Shown here: positions 8,769-18,216 of the stretch, piece by piece
Layout of the letters: every line of letters begins with the position of its first letter
Position numbering within the stretch: position 1 is the stretch's first letter
IMG/VR virus record: IMGVR_UViG_3300028898_000252
Span: 221,946 to 285,945 of that record
DNA length: 64,000 bases
Strand: one strand, 5' to 3'
DNA from: a virus
Taxonomy: Duplodnaviria > Heunggongvirae > Uroviricota > Caudoviricetes
Program-made: the position numbers and the translations under genes
The notes under the pieces: model-generated
The model's input: the letters and a program-made list of their open reading frames with translations, nothing else
What the model was told of the DNA's origin: nothing
The model's database searches: none

Positions 8769-9176
8769 TTATTCTTTTTCTCCTTTTAGATTAGTAAAGT
8801 TAGAAATAAAACGAGAAATTTTTTCATCTTTTCCCATTTCTGGAATCAATGGGAATTCTTCTAAGCCATTTTCTGTTAAAAACTTTAACCATTCAAGATC
8901 ATATCTGCCTTTTTCTTTTCCAAGAAAAATCATATTTTTATTTTTTGGAAATACATATTCCAATTTAAAAGAATAGTTGACATCATCTATCCAAAAAACT
9001 TTTAATGGTCTAAATCCTTCTTCGTCATAAACCTGTACTGGCCCACTTACATTATGAACTTTTCCATTTAAACGGATTTCAATCATACCTGTTTCCCATT
9101 TAATTTTTCCCGTATAGTTTTCAGGAGGTTTCTCGTCGTTACATAATATTATTATATTATTCATTTTATTATTCAC
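8769..9176 (-). CDS. hypothetical protein, paralogue of 12637..13272
   Basis: One degenerate HN.SGP repeat and a shared C-terminal GKEKG.Y.LEWLKFLTENG..EFP..PEM block. Confidence 0.65.
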   Translation of the reverse strand: MNNKMNNIIILCNDEKPPENYTGKIKWETGMIEIRLNGKVHNVSGPVQVYDEEGFRPLKVFWIDDVNYSFKLEYVFPKNKNMIFLGKEKGRYDLEWLKFLTENGLEEFPLIPEMGKDEKISRFISNFTNLKGEKE

Positions 9177-9673
9177 TTTATTTCATTCTCTATTATTTTA
9201 GATTGCTTCCAATGCTCAGAAGTTTGAACATGATTTTCTCTTACGAACTTTAAATTAAATCTTCTAAAATCTCTATAAGGAAAGGAATCTGTAGGTCGAA
9301 TAACATAACCTTCACACTCATCTCCATTATTAGAAATGGGCCGATAAAGATCTTTCAAAATTTTTTCGTTATAAATTCCTCTATAAAGAATTTCTGGTGT
9401 TGGTACTTCTAACAAGTCTGCCCATTCTTTAGTTTCATCCCAAGAAAGACAAGTGTTGTATTCATTCCAAACGGAAAGAAGGTAATGGTAGTCTTTTAAA
9501 CTTTTATAATGAATACTATGCTTTGCGAAAACATTTTCGAAACAAAATCTCCAACCCTTTGGTAAATCATTTTTTATTGTGGAATGAAAAGCTTTAATTC
9601 TTGTTCTTGATGGATGATTTTCTAAACTATCTAGCGAACGTGCATGTATGTAATTGCTTATAACCAGAAACAA
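9173..9673 (-). CDS. RNA ligase, C-terminal part of an interrupted gene
   Basis: YIHARSLDS..HPSR, ENVFAKHSIHY, EGYVIR (motif IV), KFVRENHVQT (motif V); no clear start, possibly non-functional. Confidence 0.8.
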   Translation of the reverse strand: MFLVISNYIHARSLDSLENHPSRTRIKAFHSTIKNDLPKGWRFCFENVFAKHSIHYKSLKDYHYLLSVWNEYNTCLSWDETKEWADLLEVPTPEILYRGIYNEKILKDLYRPISNNGDECEGYVIRPTDSFPYRDFRRFNLKFVRENHVQTSEHWKQSKIIENEIK

Positions 9674-9691
9674 TTTTTACCAATTTCCATA

Positions 9692-10714
9692 TTATGTTTT
9701 TTTTGATATGAATTTTATTTTTTTATGTTTAAAATTTTCACATTTTTCATTTTGAGCACTGTACGAGATTTTATTTAATTTAAGTTTTTCTTTTATTAGA
9801 TTTTCAATTTCAATTTCAGATTTATTTTTCAATTCGCTTTCCCAAATATATAATGTTTTATAACCATATTTTTCCGCATTTTGTTTTTTTATTAAATCTT
9901 TATCCCAAATTTCTTTAACTTTAATTAAACCTAATGGATAGTTAATAAAATCATTTTCCTTATAGTAAAGAGGATTAGCATGCCAATAATCTCCATTAAT
10001 TTCTAATACATAATTTACATTAAAAATCTTAATATGAAAATCATAACTTTTTCGGTTTATCCAAAATTGTTCGCTATATAGTATATTTAATTTCTGTAAA
10101 GAATTTTTTATTTTACGTTCAAGCGAAGAATTATAACAAGAAACAATTTTTCTCGAACGTTTTTGAATTATTTTAGTTTTTTGTTCTTCTGTTAAAGAAT
10201 TCCAAGATAAAATACTTTCTGACCATAAATTTTGAAGCCTTTTCTTTTTTTCTTCTTCTGTAGAACTTTTCCATCCGAAATAATTTGCTTTTCCGTATAA
10301 GTTAGGAATAGCTTTTATTCCATATTTCTTTTCTTTAGAAGCTTGTGCTTTAATTCCATAATCTTTTGTTTTCCAAATATTATCTACTCCGTAATTTTTT
10401 AAAGAAGTTTTTCTCTTTTTTTCTTTAACAGAATCAAGACTACTTACATTCGACACACCATATTTTTCTAATAGATTTTCCTTATTTTCTTTTTTAAACG
10501 TATTTGTTTTTCTACTTTCTGAAATTGATCTAATCTTTATATTATTCTGTTTTAATATCAAAACACTTTCTTTAAAACCCAAATTAAACTGTTTCTTTAA
10601 TTTGGGTAAACTGTATTCCAAATCTCTATAACAATTAATGACTTCTTTGACGTTAATATTTTTATTTTTTATGATTTTTTGAACTTTTTCTTCATCTGTT
10701 AATTTTTTGGACAT
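9692..10714 (-). mobile_element. free-standing Vsr/DUF559-like putative homing endonuclease
   Basis: KYGV.N repeats; YDF...EINGDYWHANP...KD..K.....GYKTLYIWESE; sits inside the RNA ligase gene. Confidence 0.82.
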
Positions 10715-10748
10715 AGCAAAATTATTATTGATACAATGAAATATTGTT

Positions 10749-11297
10749 TTATAACAATTTTTCTAGAACCACAATTTCCCTATTCAAAAAATGATCCATT
10801 ATTGGAGAAGTTCGCTCTTCTTTATCTTTAGCTCCAGGACTCCAAGGAACATGATATGTTCTTGGGTATTTAACATATTCTTCAAATAAATGAATTACAG
10901 GTTTTAAAACTTTCTGTACAGATTCTTCATAAAAAAGCTCTCCTCTTAATCTAATTCCATTTGGTAAAACAAAGTTACCCCATTTGTCAATTTCTTGATC
11001 TTTATAATATTGCTCTGGTAATATTGTCGTTTTGATGCCACAAAGTTGCCTTAATTCATTACAAGAAATTAATGTTTCCTCTGCTTTTATATGACAAGGT
11101 TCGCAAACGGTTGCGCCATTGTCTTCAAAATACCCCTGACTTTCTCCCCAAAGTTTCCTTTCAATAATATGGTGAGCATCTAAATTTGTAGGTTCTTGGC
11201 TTGAATCAAATATTGCTTTTTCGCCGCATGCAACACAAGAAAATTTATCTCGCTTAAAAACTTGGTTTCTGAAGTCATCTCTATTCAAAGATTTCAT
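10749..11297 (-). CDS. HNH domain fused to the N-terminal part of the RNA ligase
   Basis: RDKFSCVACG..LDAHHI..NGATVCEPCH (HNH); KYPRTYHVPWSPG...VVLEKL stops inside ligase motif I (KxDG). Confidence 0.82.
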   Translation of the reverse strand: MKSLNRDDFRNQVFKRDKFSCVACGEKAIFDSSQEPTNLDAHHIIERKLWGESQGYFEDNGATVCEPCHIKAEETLISCNELRQLCGIKTTILPEQYYKDQEIDKWGNFVLPNGIRLRGELFYEESVQKVLKPVIHLFEEYVKYPRTYHVPWSPGAKDKEERTSPIMDHFLNREIVVLEKLL

Positions 11298-11361
11298 TTT
11301 GATTTTCTCCCACAGAATAAACTTATAATTTTTTCAATAGTAATTTTTACGAGCTGTACGT

Positions 11362-12009
11362 TTAAACCTCTTCCCAAAAAATACACTTTATTTTTTGCAT
11401 ATTTAACTTCTCTAAGCGAACAAGCAACCCATAAGATAAAAGTCTATGAGTACCATCTACAACTTTTATTGTGCTAGAATCTTTCTTTTTAACCATTAAT
11501 CCGCGGTTTGTAGCGATCCATAAATTTTCAGAATTTAGATATTTTTCAGAACAAATTTTCCAAGCTGGAACTGCTTTGTTTTTTTGTTTCTTGAGATCAA
11601 TTTTTAAACTTTCAACTCTTTTTTTAATATCATCAATTGCCTCAATTCCTTTTTGAACATTGTCTTTTGTTTTTCTGACAATTGTAAATTCTTTACTTTG
11701 TTCCGTTGATAATTGATATGAATCTAAAAACTGTTCGAATTTAATATCTGAGTAGCAAGATTCAAACTTTAAAAGTTCATCAAAGGTTATCTCGGCAACA
11801 CAAAGTGAAGCATCTTTCATATAATCATGAATCCATTTTCTTTTGGAAAGGAAAACTTCTTTTCTTAAACTATTTTCTAGTTTTGATGAAAAATCAGGTT
11901 TTTCAACCAGTTCTTTGTCTAATTTTTTTACGTTTTCAACTAAAGCATGATCTCCATTTAGCATAGACCAGATAGCGAAGTTTGTGTTTATTGATTTTAG
12001 TATTTTCAT
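11362..12009 (-). CDS. hypothetical protein with ParB/Srx-like motif
   Basis: VVDGTHRL. Confidence 0.4.
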   Translation of the reverse strand: MKILKSINTNFAIWSMLNGDHALVENVKKLDKELVEKPDFSSKLENSLRKEVFLSKRKWIHDYMKDASLCVAEITFDELLKFESCYSDIKFEQFLDSYQLSTEQSKEFTIVRKTKDNVQKGIEAIDDIKKRVESLKIDLKKQKNKAVPAWKICSEKYLNSENLWIATNRGLMVKKKDSSTIKVVDGTHRLLSYGLLVRLEKLNMQKIKCIFWEEV

Positions 12010-12061
12010 TATTTATTCTATCTTGTAGATGTGTAGTTAAAAATTAAGGAATCAATTTTAA

Positions 12062-12574
12062 ATGACATTAATGTTTATTGTTCATCACTTTTTAAGACCA
12101 ATTTGGTCCTATTTAATAAAATTTATTTTTTATGTTATTTATCTTTTCAAAGATAAAGAAAAACAGAAAGCAAATAGATTGTTGTGGGAAAACATAAAAA
12201 CTTTGGAGCAACTAAAACTATTTTTTTCTAATGTATACAAATACAAATATGATGGAATTATTGGTGAGCTAGATCACGATAATCCATCAAATGAATTTTT
12301 TGCAAACTTTGGAGATTGTGACGACATGGGAAGATTTTCTATGCTAAAATTAAAAGAACTTGGATTTGTTGCAACAAGAGTTGGTATTTTAAACTTATCA
12401 AACATTCGATCGTGGCATTATGATTGCTTATTTGAAATGAATGGTAAAAAAGTTTTATTTAATTATGGAAATTTAATAGAAGCAGATTCTGCCGATGAAT
12501 GTATTAAAAATTTAGGAAAAACATGGAACCTTTTCAGCGGAGACAAAGTAAATTGGTGGAAATGTTATTGGTAA
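12062..12574 (+). CDS. transglutaminase-like cysteine protease-fold protein
   Basis: GDCDD followed by WH.DC and FNYG; hydrophobic N-terminus. Confidence 0.5.
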   Translation: MTLMFIVHHFLRPIWSYLIKFIFYVIYLFKDKEKQKANRLLWENIKTLEQLKLFFSNVYKYKYDGIIGELDHDNPSNEFFANFGDCDDMGRFSMLKLKELGFVATRVGILNLSNIRSWHYDCLFEMNGKKVLFNYGNLIEADSADECIKNLGKTWNLFSGDKVNWWKCYW

Positions 12575-12636
12575 TTTTCAATTACAAACTATAAAGTTTA
12601 CAGACACAGAATCTTTTTTGTTTAGTTTTACACTTT

Positions 12637-13272
12637 CTATTTTTCTTTATTTAAAGAAATGAATAGATAAATAAAACTTCTTTCTTTTTCCATTTCTGGT
12701 ACAATCGGAAATTCACAAATCCCATTTTCTTCTGTGAGAAATTTTAGCCATTCAAGCCCATATTTTCCTTTTTCTTTTCCAACATAAATTTCTTTTTTCA
12801 TTAATTGGGCTAACAAATTCCAAGTAAAATAGTTTCCATCAATCCACCATTCTTTTGATCCGCTCATATTTTTTATATGTTCTACGGCAGGCCCGTCTAT
12901 TCTATGGCGATTTCCCTCTTTATACCATTCTTTTGATCCATCTTTGTATTCAATCGCTGGTCCATCTAATCTATGAAGTGAATGATTTTTATACCAATAT
13001 TTGGCACCGAATCTATCTATAATCGCAGGCCCATCCTCTCGATGAAGTTTGCCATCTTTATACCAATATTTGGAACCATTCTCCATAACAGCTGGGCCAC
13101 CTATTCTATGTCTTTTTCCTTCTTTAAACCAAGACCTATCTCCATTTTTATGCTCGAAAACACCTGTGAAATCTTTTGGAACGTCTTTGTTTTCTCGCTC
13201 TTTTATTACAATTGTTCCATTTTCATATTTGAATCTTTTATTTCTCATTTTTTTTAAGCACATTTCTTTCAT
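12637..13272 (-). CDS. HRxDGPA beta-repeat protein
   Basis: Four WY/FK.G..HR.(D/G)GPA repeats plus the C-terminal LKFLTENG domain. Confidence 0.75.
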   Translation of the reverse strand: MKEMCLKKMRNKRFKYENGTIVIKERENKDVPKDFTGVFEHKNGDRSWFKEGKRHRIGGPAVMENGSKYWYKDGKLHREDGPAIIDRFGAKYWYKNHSLHRLDGPAIEYKDGSKEWYKEGNRHRIDGPAVEHIKNMSGSKEWWIDGNYFTWNLLAQLMKKEIYVGKEKGKYGLEWLKFLTEENGICEFPIVPEMEKERSFIYLFISLNKEK

Positions 13273-13801
13273 ATTTGATTGAAACTTTTTCAGAACTGGC
13301 TTTAAAAAAGCCTTTTTCGTCGATCACTTGTTCGTTTTCCAACAACTTCCAACCAGAATTCAAAAAGGATTGGGGAGAAAAAGAAATAGATTTGTCATAT
13401 TTGGAATACTTTTTTTGTTCTTCAGATTCCTCTAATTCGGAAAAATAAACTTCTGTAACAAAGGGTAAAAACTGATTATAAATTTCTACACCTCCTATAA
13501 CAAATGCTTTTTCGGTTTCTGAATTAAGAAATTTTCGATTTTTGTCAAACCAATCTTCAACCGAAGCAAAAATCTTAATTCCCTCTTTTTGATCTAAAGT
13601 TTTCGATATTACGTGATTTATTCTTTTAGGAAGAGGCTTACCGATGGATTCGTAAGTTTTTCTACCCATTACAACAGTGTTATTCACCGTAAGCTCCTTA
13701 AACCACTTTAGATCAGAAGGAAGAAACCAAGAAAGGGCATTATCGTTTCCGATATGCCCTTCTTTTGTTGCCGCGACAATTAGTGCTAGTGTCATATTCA
13801 C
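13238..13801 (-). CDS. folA: dihydrofolate reductase
   Basis: IG..NAL.W.LPSDLKWFK..T, VVMGRKTYESIGKPLPKR, VIGG..IY. Confidence 0.95.
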   Translation of the reverse strand: MNMTLALIVAATKEGHIGNDNALSWFLPSDLKWFKELTVNNTVVMGRKTYESIGKPLPKRINHVISKTLDQKEGIKIFASVEDWFDKNRKFLNSETEKAFVIGGVEIYNQFLPFVTEVYFSELEESEEQKKYSKYDKSISFSPQSFLNSGWKLLENEQVIDEKGFFKASSEKVSIKYERNVLKKNEK

Positions 13802-13804
13802 ATG

Positions 13805-15514
13805 TTATGACTGGTTTTTTGTGCTGTCAAGCATCAATCTCGCAAGGGTACCCATCACAAAAAGATTGCCGACAGTCCAAACAAGCATTGCAAACCAGCC
13901 GAAAGGTGCCGCATGTAAACCTGATAGGAATGTTCCCATTAAGAAACCAGCGGTGCCAAGTGAAAATCCTCCAACCATAGGTCGAAGATGTTTACGATTA
14001 AAGAATATTGCACTCAAAACAATTGGTAGAAAAGCGCTTCCCAGAGGAAGGAATTGATGAATAAATCCATTTGTAAACATTGTCAAATCACCAGGTGGCC
14101 GCGAAATAATTTCAAGTCCTGGTATTGAGGCTGGCAAAATCATTGGTAAAAAGAACAAACCGACAGAAGCAAAAAGCGCTGGTAACAACCATTTCTTTGT
14201 AGATTCAAGTTTTCCACCTTTCTTTGTAATCCAAGATGTAACGAGTGCAAACATTAGCGCGAGAGAGAACCCGCGATACAAAACTTGTCTTGTTTTAATT
14301 GCCGCGAGCGCAGATTCGGCACTAGCAATACCAGCACCATACAATTGTGGGTTTGAATCGCCGTGTTCGGGAGTTTGAGCCGAATTTCTCAAAATTCCTT
14401 CGACAGCATCCACATTTGTTACGCCTTGAGACATAATCAAGGCTGTAATACCTGCAACGTGTGGTGTTGCCATTGAAGTACCAGACCACGCCGCGAATTG
14501 TTCGCAACCGTCTCTGCCGTGCTCACAAATTGTTTGTTGGAGAATGTTTACTCCAGGTGCCGCAATATCAACTTCTGGGCCGCGCGACGAAAACGAAGCA
14601 ATCATATCACCCGTTCCGATTGCACTGACAGCAAATGCACCCTCTTCATTTGCAGGAGATTCAACATATCTCCCATTGTTTCCCGCGGCACAAATTACCA
14701 CAGTTCCTTTTGATCGAGCATAGCTAATCGCTTCGGCCATTACTCGGTTTCTAGGTCCGCCACCTAATGAAAGGTTGATAACATGCGCTCCAGCGTCCGC
14801 CGCAAAACGAATTCCCTCTGCAACGTCTACTAACGTTCCAGAGCCTCGATAATCAAGAACTTTTACAGGAATAATGGTTGAGCAGTAGGCAATTCCCGCA
14901 ACTCCAACGCCGTTATTGGTTGTTTGAGCAATTGTTCCAGCAACGTGCGATCCGTGCCCTTGGTCGTCATTTGCATGTTCGTCATCGTTAACAAAATCCC
15001 AACCAGCAACACAGTTTGTTCCTTTAAGATCAGAAAGTTGTGAAAACCCATCGTGATTTTCGCACGCAACGCCCGTATCAATTACAGCAACTCGAATTCC
15101 TCGACCGCAGGTGGTATTCCACGCTCGTTCAACACCGACGCGATGCAATCCCCACTGTTGAGAATATTGTGGATCATTTGGCGTGAAAAATGCGTGCATT
15201 TCTTGGTTTTGATCCGCGGCCTGCACGTTTCGATTCGTTTGAAGTTGGCGAACAATTCGTTGTCCAACTTCTCGCGGGGCATTAAAAACATAAATTCTGT
15301 CTTCACCGACCATTTGCGGACTGTTTGCCCGCAAAGTAACTCCATATTGTGAAGCAATATCATTTACTGTGCTTTGAGACACAGAATCGTTGAAATCAAC
15401 AATAAACTCATCTTGTGGCGAGTTTTGACCACCACCAAAAGTTTGGGCTTGAACGCTTACGGAAGCGAGCAAAAGCGACAAACTGCACATTACGAACGCT
15501 GTTTTGTTTTTCAT
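13805..15514 (-). CDS. secreted, membrane-anchored subtilisin-like (S8) serine protease
   Basis: Signal peptide and prodomain; triad VIDTG / HGSHVAG / GTSMATPHVAG; several C-terminal hydrophobic helices; GGAGGT Shine-Dalgarno supports the ATG at 15514 over the GTG at 15529. Confidence 0.93.
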   Translation of the reverse strand: MKNKTAFVMCSLSLLLASVSVQAQTFGGGQNSPQDEFIVDFNDSVSQSTVNDIASQYGVTLRANSPQMVGEDRIYVFNAPREVGQRIVRQLQTNRNVQAADQNQEMHAFFTPNDPQYSQQWGLHRVGVERAWNTTCGRGIRVAVIDTGVACENHDGFSQLSDLKGTNCVAGWDFVNDDEHANDDQGHGSHVAGTIAQTTNNGVGVAGIAYCSTIIPVKVLDYRGSGTLVDVAEGIRFAADAGAHVINLSLGGGPRNRVMAEAISYARSKGTVVICAAGNNGRYVESPANEEGAFAVSAIGTGDMIASFSSRGPEVDIAAPGVNILQQTICEHGRDGCEQFAAWSGTSMATPHVAGITALIMSQGVTNVDAVEGILRNSAQTPEHGDSNPQLYGAGIASAESALAAIKTRQVLYRGFSLALMFALVTSWITKKGGKLESTKKWLLPALFASVGLFFLPMILPASIPGLEIISRPPGDLTMFTNGFIHQFLPLGSAFLPIVLSAIFFNRKHLRPMVGGFSLGTAGFLMGTFLSGLHAAPFGWFAMLVWTVGNLFVMGTLARLMLDSTKNQS

Positions 15515-15531
15515 TTTCCGACCTCCCACAC

Positions 15532-15559
15532 ACTATAAGTCGCGCGGGAGGCGAGTCAA
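15532..15559 (-). promoter_or_regulatory. sigma70-type promoter
   Basis: TTGACT-N16(GC-rich)-TATAGT upstream of the S8 gene. Confidence 0.65.
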
Positions 15560-15584
15560 CGGCGAATGAAAACTCATTTAAGAG

Positions 15585-15839
15585 TTAATCTTTTCGATCG
15601 ACAATTTTTTCATACTTGTATAAGTTTTTAATGTAAGAATGAAAGTATTTTCCTTTACTCTCTGCTTTTTTTAATTCTTCCCAAGTTTCTTCTGGGACTC
15701 CTTTATATGTATATGCTACTCCTGTTGTTTTAAACCAAATTGTTAATTGGTGATAAAGTTGATTATATTCAATTTTTGTTAGTAGTTTACTCGATTCTAC
15801 ATCGAGTTTATCTGTTGTTAGGAATTCGATCATTGACAT
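15585..15839 (-). CDS. KTSC domain protein
   Basis: VESS..TKIEY.....LTIWF..G..Y.Y.GVP...W..L..AESKGKYF. Confidence 0.88.
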   Translation of the reverse strand: MSMIEFLTTDKLDVESSKLLTKIEYNQLYHQLTIWFKTTGVAYTYKGVPEETWEELKKAESKGKYFHSYIKNLYKYEKIVDRKD

Positions 15840-15854
15840 ATTATAGTTATTATC

Positions 15855-16232
15855 CTATCTTTTCGTGACTTCTATTTTTGGAATATTAGTGTGAAATTTT
15901 GGATTTAAATAAAATAATAATTTGTTTACTGTTTTTTTATTCACAAAGATTTTTGTTTTATAGAGAGTGGTATTTTCTCTTTCATAAAGCCGAGTTTCAA
16001 TTTCTATTAAAATTAGAGTTTCTTTGGTTTTGATCTTAGTTTTTCCGAAAAATTTTCTTGAAAAAACAATTTCCAGTTCTTTAATTTGATATGTAAAATA
16101 CCTTGGATATAGCCAGCTAGGATTTAAATAGCTTACACTTAAAATGTTTGCCTTTTTAATAAAGGGAGCTAAAGTTTTCGCATCATATGCAGTCATATAT
16201 CCATACAATTCTATTGGTTTTTTATTTCTCAT
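15855..16232 (-). CDS. paralogue family A member
   Basis: IVFSRKF...IPKIEV C-terminus. Confidence 0.6.
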   Translation of the reverse strand: MRNKKPIELYGYMTAYDAKTLAPFIKKANILSVSYLNPSWLYPRYFTYQIKELEIVFSRKFFGKTKIKTKETLILIEIETRLYERENTTLYKTKIFVNKKTVNKLLFYLNPKFHTNIPKIEVTKR

Positions 16233-16585
16233 TTAAACGAAACCTCAATTCGAGGCAAGTCAATTATTTTTTTAACTTTTAAAAAGTCACGTAATCTATT
16301 AAATTGTTTTTTGCAAAGAAAAAATTCTTGGTCTTTCCAAGTTCTAAGTTTAGAAAGTTCTTCGTTTTGTAGTAGATACGTGGCATAAATTACAATTCTG
16401 TAAATTGGTTCATTTGAAATAAATTTAAATTTTTCTTTTAGTTTTCGAATCGTGTAAATATTTTGAATTAGAATAAAGTATTCAGTTCCAGTAAAACGAA
16501 AGCATTGATCTTTAAGGAGATATAATTTCTTTTCATTCTCGTCGGTATAAAAAACATCAAACTTTTCTTCTTTAAATTTTTTCAT
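16229..16585 (-). CDS. paralogue family A member
   Basis: IYTIRKLK..F....P.Y...LPRIEV. Confidence 0.6.
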   Translation of the reverse strand: MKKFKEEKFDVFYTDENEKKLYLLKDQCFRFTGTEYFILIQNIYTIRKLKEKFKFISNEPIYRIVIYATYLLQNEELSKLRTWKDQEFFLCKKQFNRLRDFLKVKKIIDLPRIEVSFK

Positions 16586-16968
16586 TTAAGATTTACCTCA
16601 ATTTTTTGAGGTTGAATAATATTAGATGGGTTTGCCCAATTTAAAAGTTTTTTCAAGTTTTGAATATCTAAATAAAGGCGATTATCAATTGAAATACAAT
16701 TTCCATAATAGGTTTTATTGCTCAAGTAAACTTTTAAATCGTTCTGTAAATCTTCAAAAGTGGAATCGAAAATAACGACTTCGAATAAAGGCATATTAAT
16801 TTTTATCGAAAACAAAGCTTTTATTTTACGAGAAGAAAGAATTCTATTAAGAATAATAATTGATGTTTTAAACTCATAAAAATCTAAAATATCAGAACTT
16901 TGGATAAATGAAAGTATATTCGATCTAAATCTGAAAAAATTGATTCTCGGTTTTTCTTTTTTTCTCAT
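16582..16968 (-). CDS. paralogue family A member
   Basis: ILSSRKIK..F...QPQKIEVNLK. Confidence 0.6.
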   Translation of the reverse strand: MRKKEKPRINFFRFRSNILSFIQSSDILDFYEFKTSIIILNRILSSRKIKALFSIKINMPLFEVVIFDSTFEDLQNDLKVYLSNKTYYGNCISIDNRLYLDIQNLKKLLNWANPSNIIQPQKIEVNLK

Positions 16969-17336
16969 TTCAGATTTACCTCAATTTTTTGAGGTTCAAA
17001 AGTGTGTAATATGTTTAATACTTTTTTAATTCGATTAAGATTAACTTGATCAATAAAAAGATGGGAAAATTGCTTTTCTAAAAATGGTCGATTAAATGTT
17101 ATAATATGTTTATCTAATTTTGAAAATAACATTATTTCATACATGCTTTGACATGCAAAAGATTTTGTTTTTTGTTTCCATTTTCTTGGAGTTAAAATTT
17201 TAACAACTGAAAGACAGTCATTTTTACAAAATACGCTCGAATAATGATCTTTAAATTCATCTATTCGCCTCTCAAACTTAACATATTCTTTAATACCTTT
17301 ACATGTTGCTGTTTGCCAAAATTCTATGCTATTCAT
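16965..17336 (-). CDS. paralogue family A member
   Basis: ILTPRKWK...EPQKIEVNLK. Confidence 0.6.
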   Translation of the reverse strand: MNSIEFWQTATCKGIKEYVKFERRIDEFKDHYSSVFCKNDCLSVVKILTPRKWKQKTKSFACQSMYEIMLFSKLDKHIITFNRPFLEKQFSHLFIDQVNLNRIKKVLNILHTFEPQKIEVNLK

Positions 17337-17689
17337 TTTAGTTGAATCTCAATTTTCGGGAGCGGATAGAAATTTTTAGGTTTTACGAAATTTAAATAAG
17401 TAAATAAATCATATGTTTTGATAAACACTTCTGACGAATTGGAAAGAGAAACGGCTTCATTTATCACGTTAGTTGTACTGTAGGGAATTAATATTTGATA
17501 TAATGAAAAATTTGGTTTAAATTTAAACATCGAATTAATTTTTCTTGGGGAGAGTATAGCATTTACTTTATATGTCCACACATAAGGACTATAGAAAGGA
17601 ATAGTCAAATTTATTTTATGAATTTCGAACGCGACCTTATCGCAACAAGCGCGAATAAAAACATGTATTTCAGTTTTATCTCTATTCAT
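17333..17689 (-). CDS. paralogue family A member
   Basis: ILSPRKIN..F...LPKIEIQLK. Confidence 0.6.
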   Translation of the reverse strand: MNRDKTEIHVFIRACCDKVAFEIHKINLTIPFYSPYVWTYKVNAILSPRKINSMFKFKPNFSLYQILIPYSTTNVINEAVSLSNSSEVFIKTYDLFTYLNFVKPKNFYPLPKIEIQLK

Positions 17690-18103
17690 TTATTTAAATC
17701 CTAAAAATTCTAAAGAATCGCCATCCGTGATAAATAAAGAATCATTATTATTTAATAATGAGTTCCATAGGCGTTTTGCTTCTTTTGATTGATTTTGAGA
17801 AGCCCAAAGTTTTAAACTAAATTTAATTTTAAGCCAGATCGCGGCACTTTTATAAAGTTTTTTTCCATAGCCTTTGCCGCGAAATTCTTTTTCAATAAAA
17901 GAATAATCTACATAGGGTTTATTAAACACATTTTCTTTCCACCATCTAATATAAGTTTGCCTTTTTTCTATCTGTTTAAGTCTATTCAGACTCACTTCTG
18001 TTGGTACAATAATAGATAAAAAACCAACTTCTGTTTGGTCTTTAATGAAATGAAATGAATATTTCTCAATAGATGGAAAGCAAGTAATGAAAATACGTTC
18101 CAT
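17690..18103 (-). CDS. GNAT-family acetyltransferase
   Basis: Motif A EFRGKGYGKKLY; QS.EA..LW. Confidence 0.75.
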   Translation of the reverse strand: MERIFITCFPSIEKYSFHFIKDQTEVGFLSIIVPTEVSLNRLKQIEKRQTYIRWWKENVFNKPYVDYSFIEKEFRGKGYGKKLYKSAAIWLKIKFSLKLWASQNQSKEAKRLWNSLLNNNDSLFITDGDSLEFLGFK

Positions 18104-18109
18104 CAGCCA

Positions 18110-18137
18110 AAGATAAAACCAAAATATTAGTTGTCAA
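18110..18137 (-). promoter_or_regulatory. sigma70-type promoter, probably giving a leaderless mRNA
   Basis: TTGACA-N16-TATCTT, ATG 6 nt downstream. Confidence 0.55.
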
Positions 18138-18138
18138 T

Positions 18139-18177
18139 AAAAGAAAATGCCCCGCAGATTTATATCCACGAGGCATT
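18139..18177 (-). terminator. intrinsic terminator
   Basis: GCCTCGTGGAT-ATAA-ATCTGCGGGGC stem (with G-U pairs) followed by ATTTTCTTTT. Confidence 0.7.
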
Positions 18178-18216
18178 CAACTAAGAGTTTTTTTGGTTTT
18201 TTTTAAGAAACTAAAA

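Noticed and set aside
12637-13272. Diversity-generating retroelement target or DNA tandem repeat array
   Set aside because: The repeats are protein-level HRxDGPA units; no reverse transcriptase or adenine-specific template/variable pair seen
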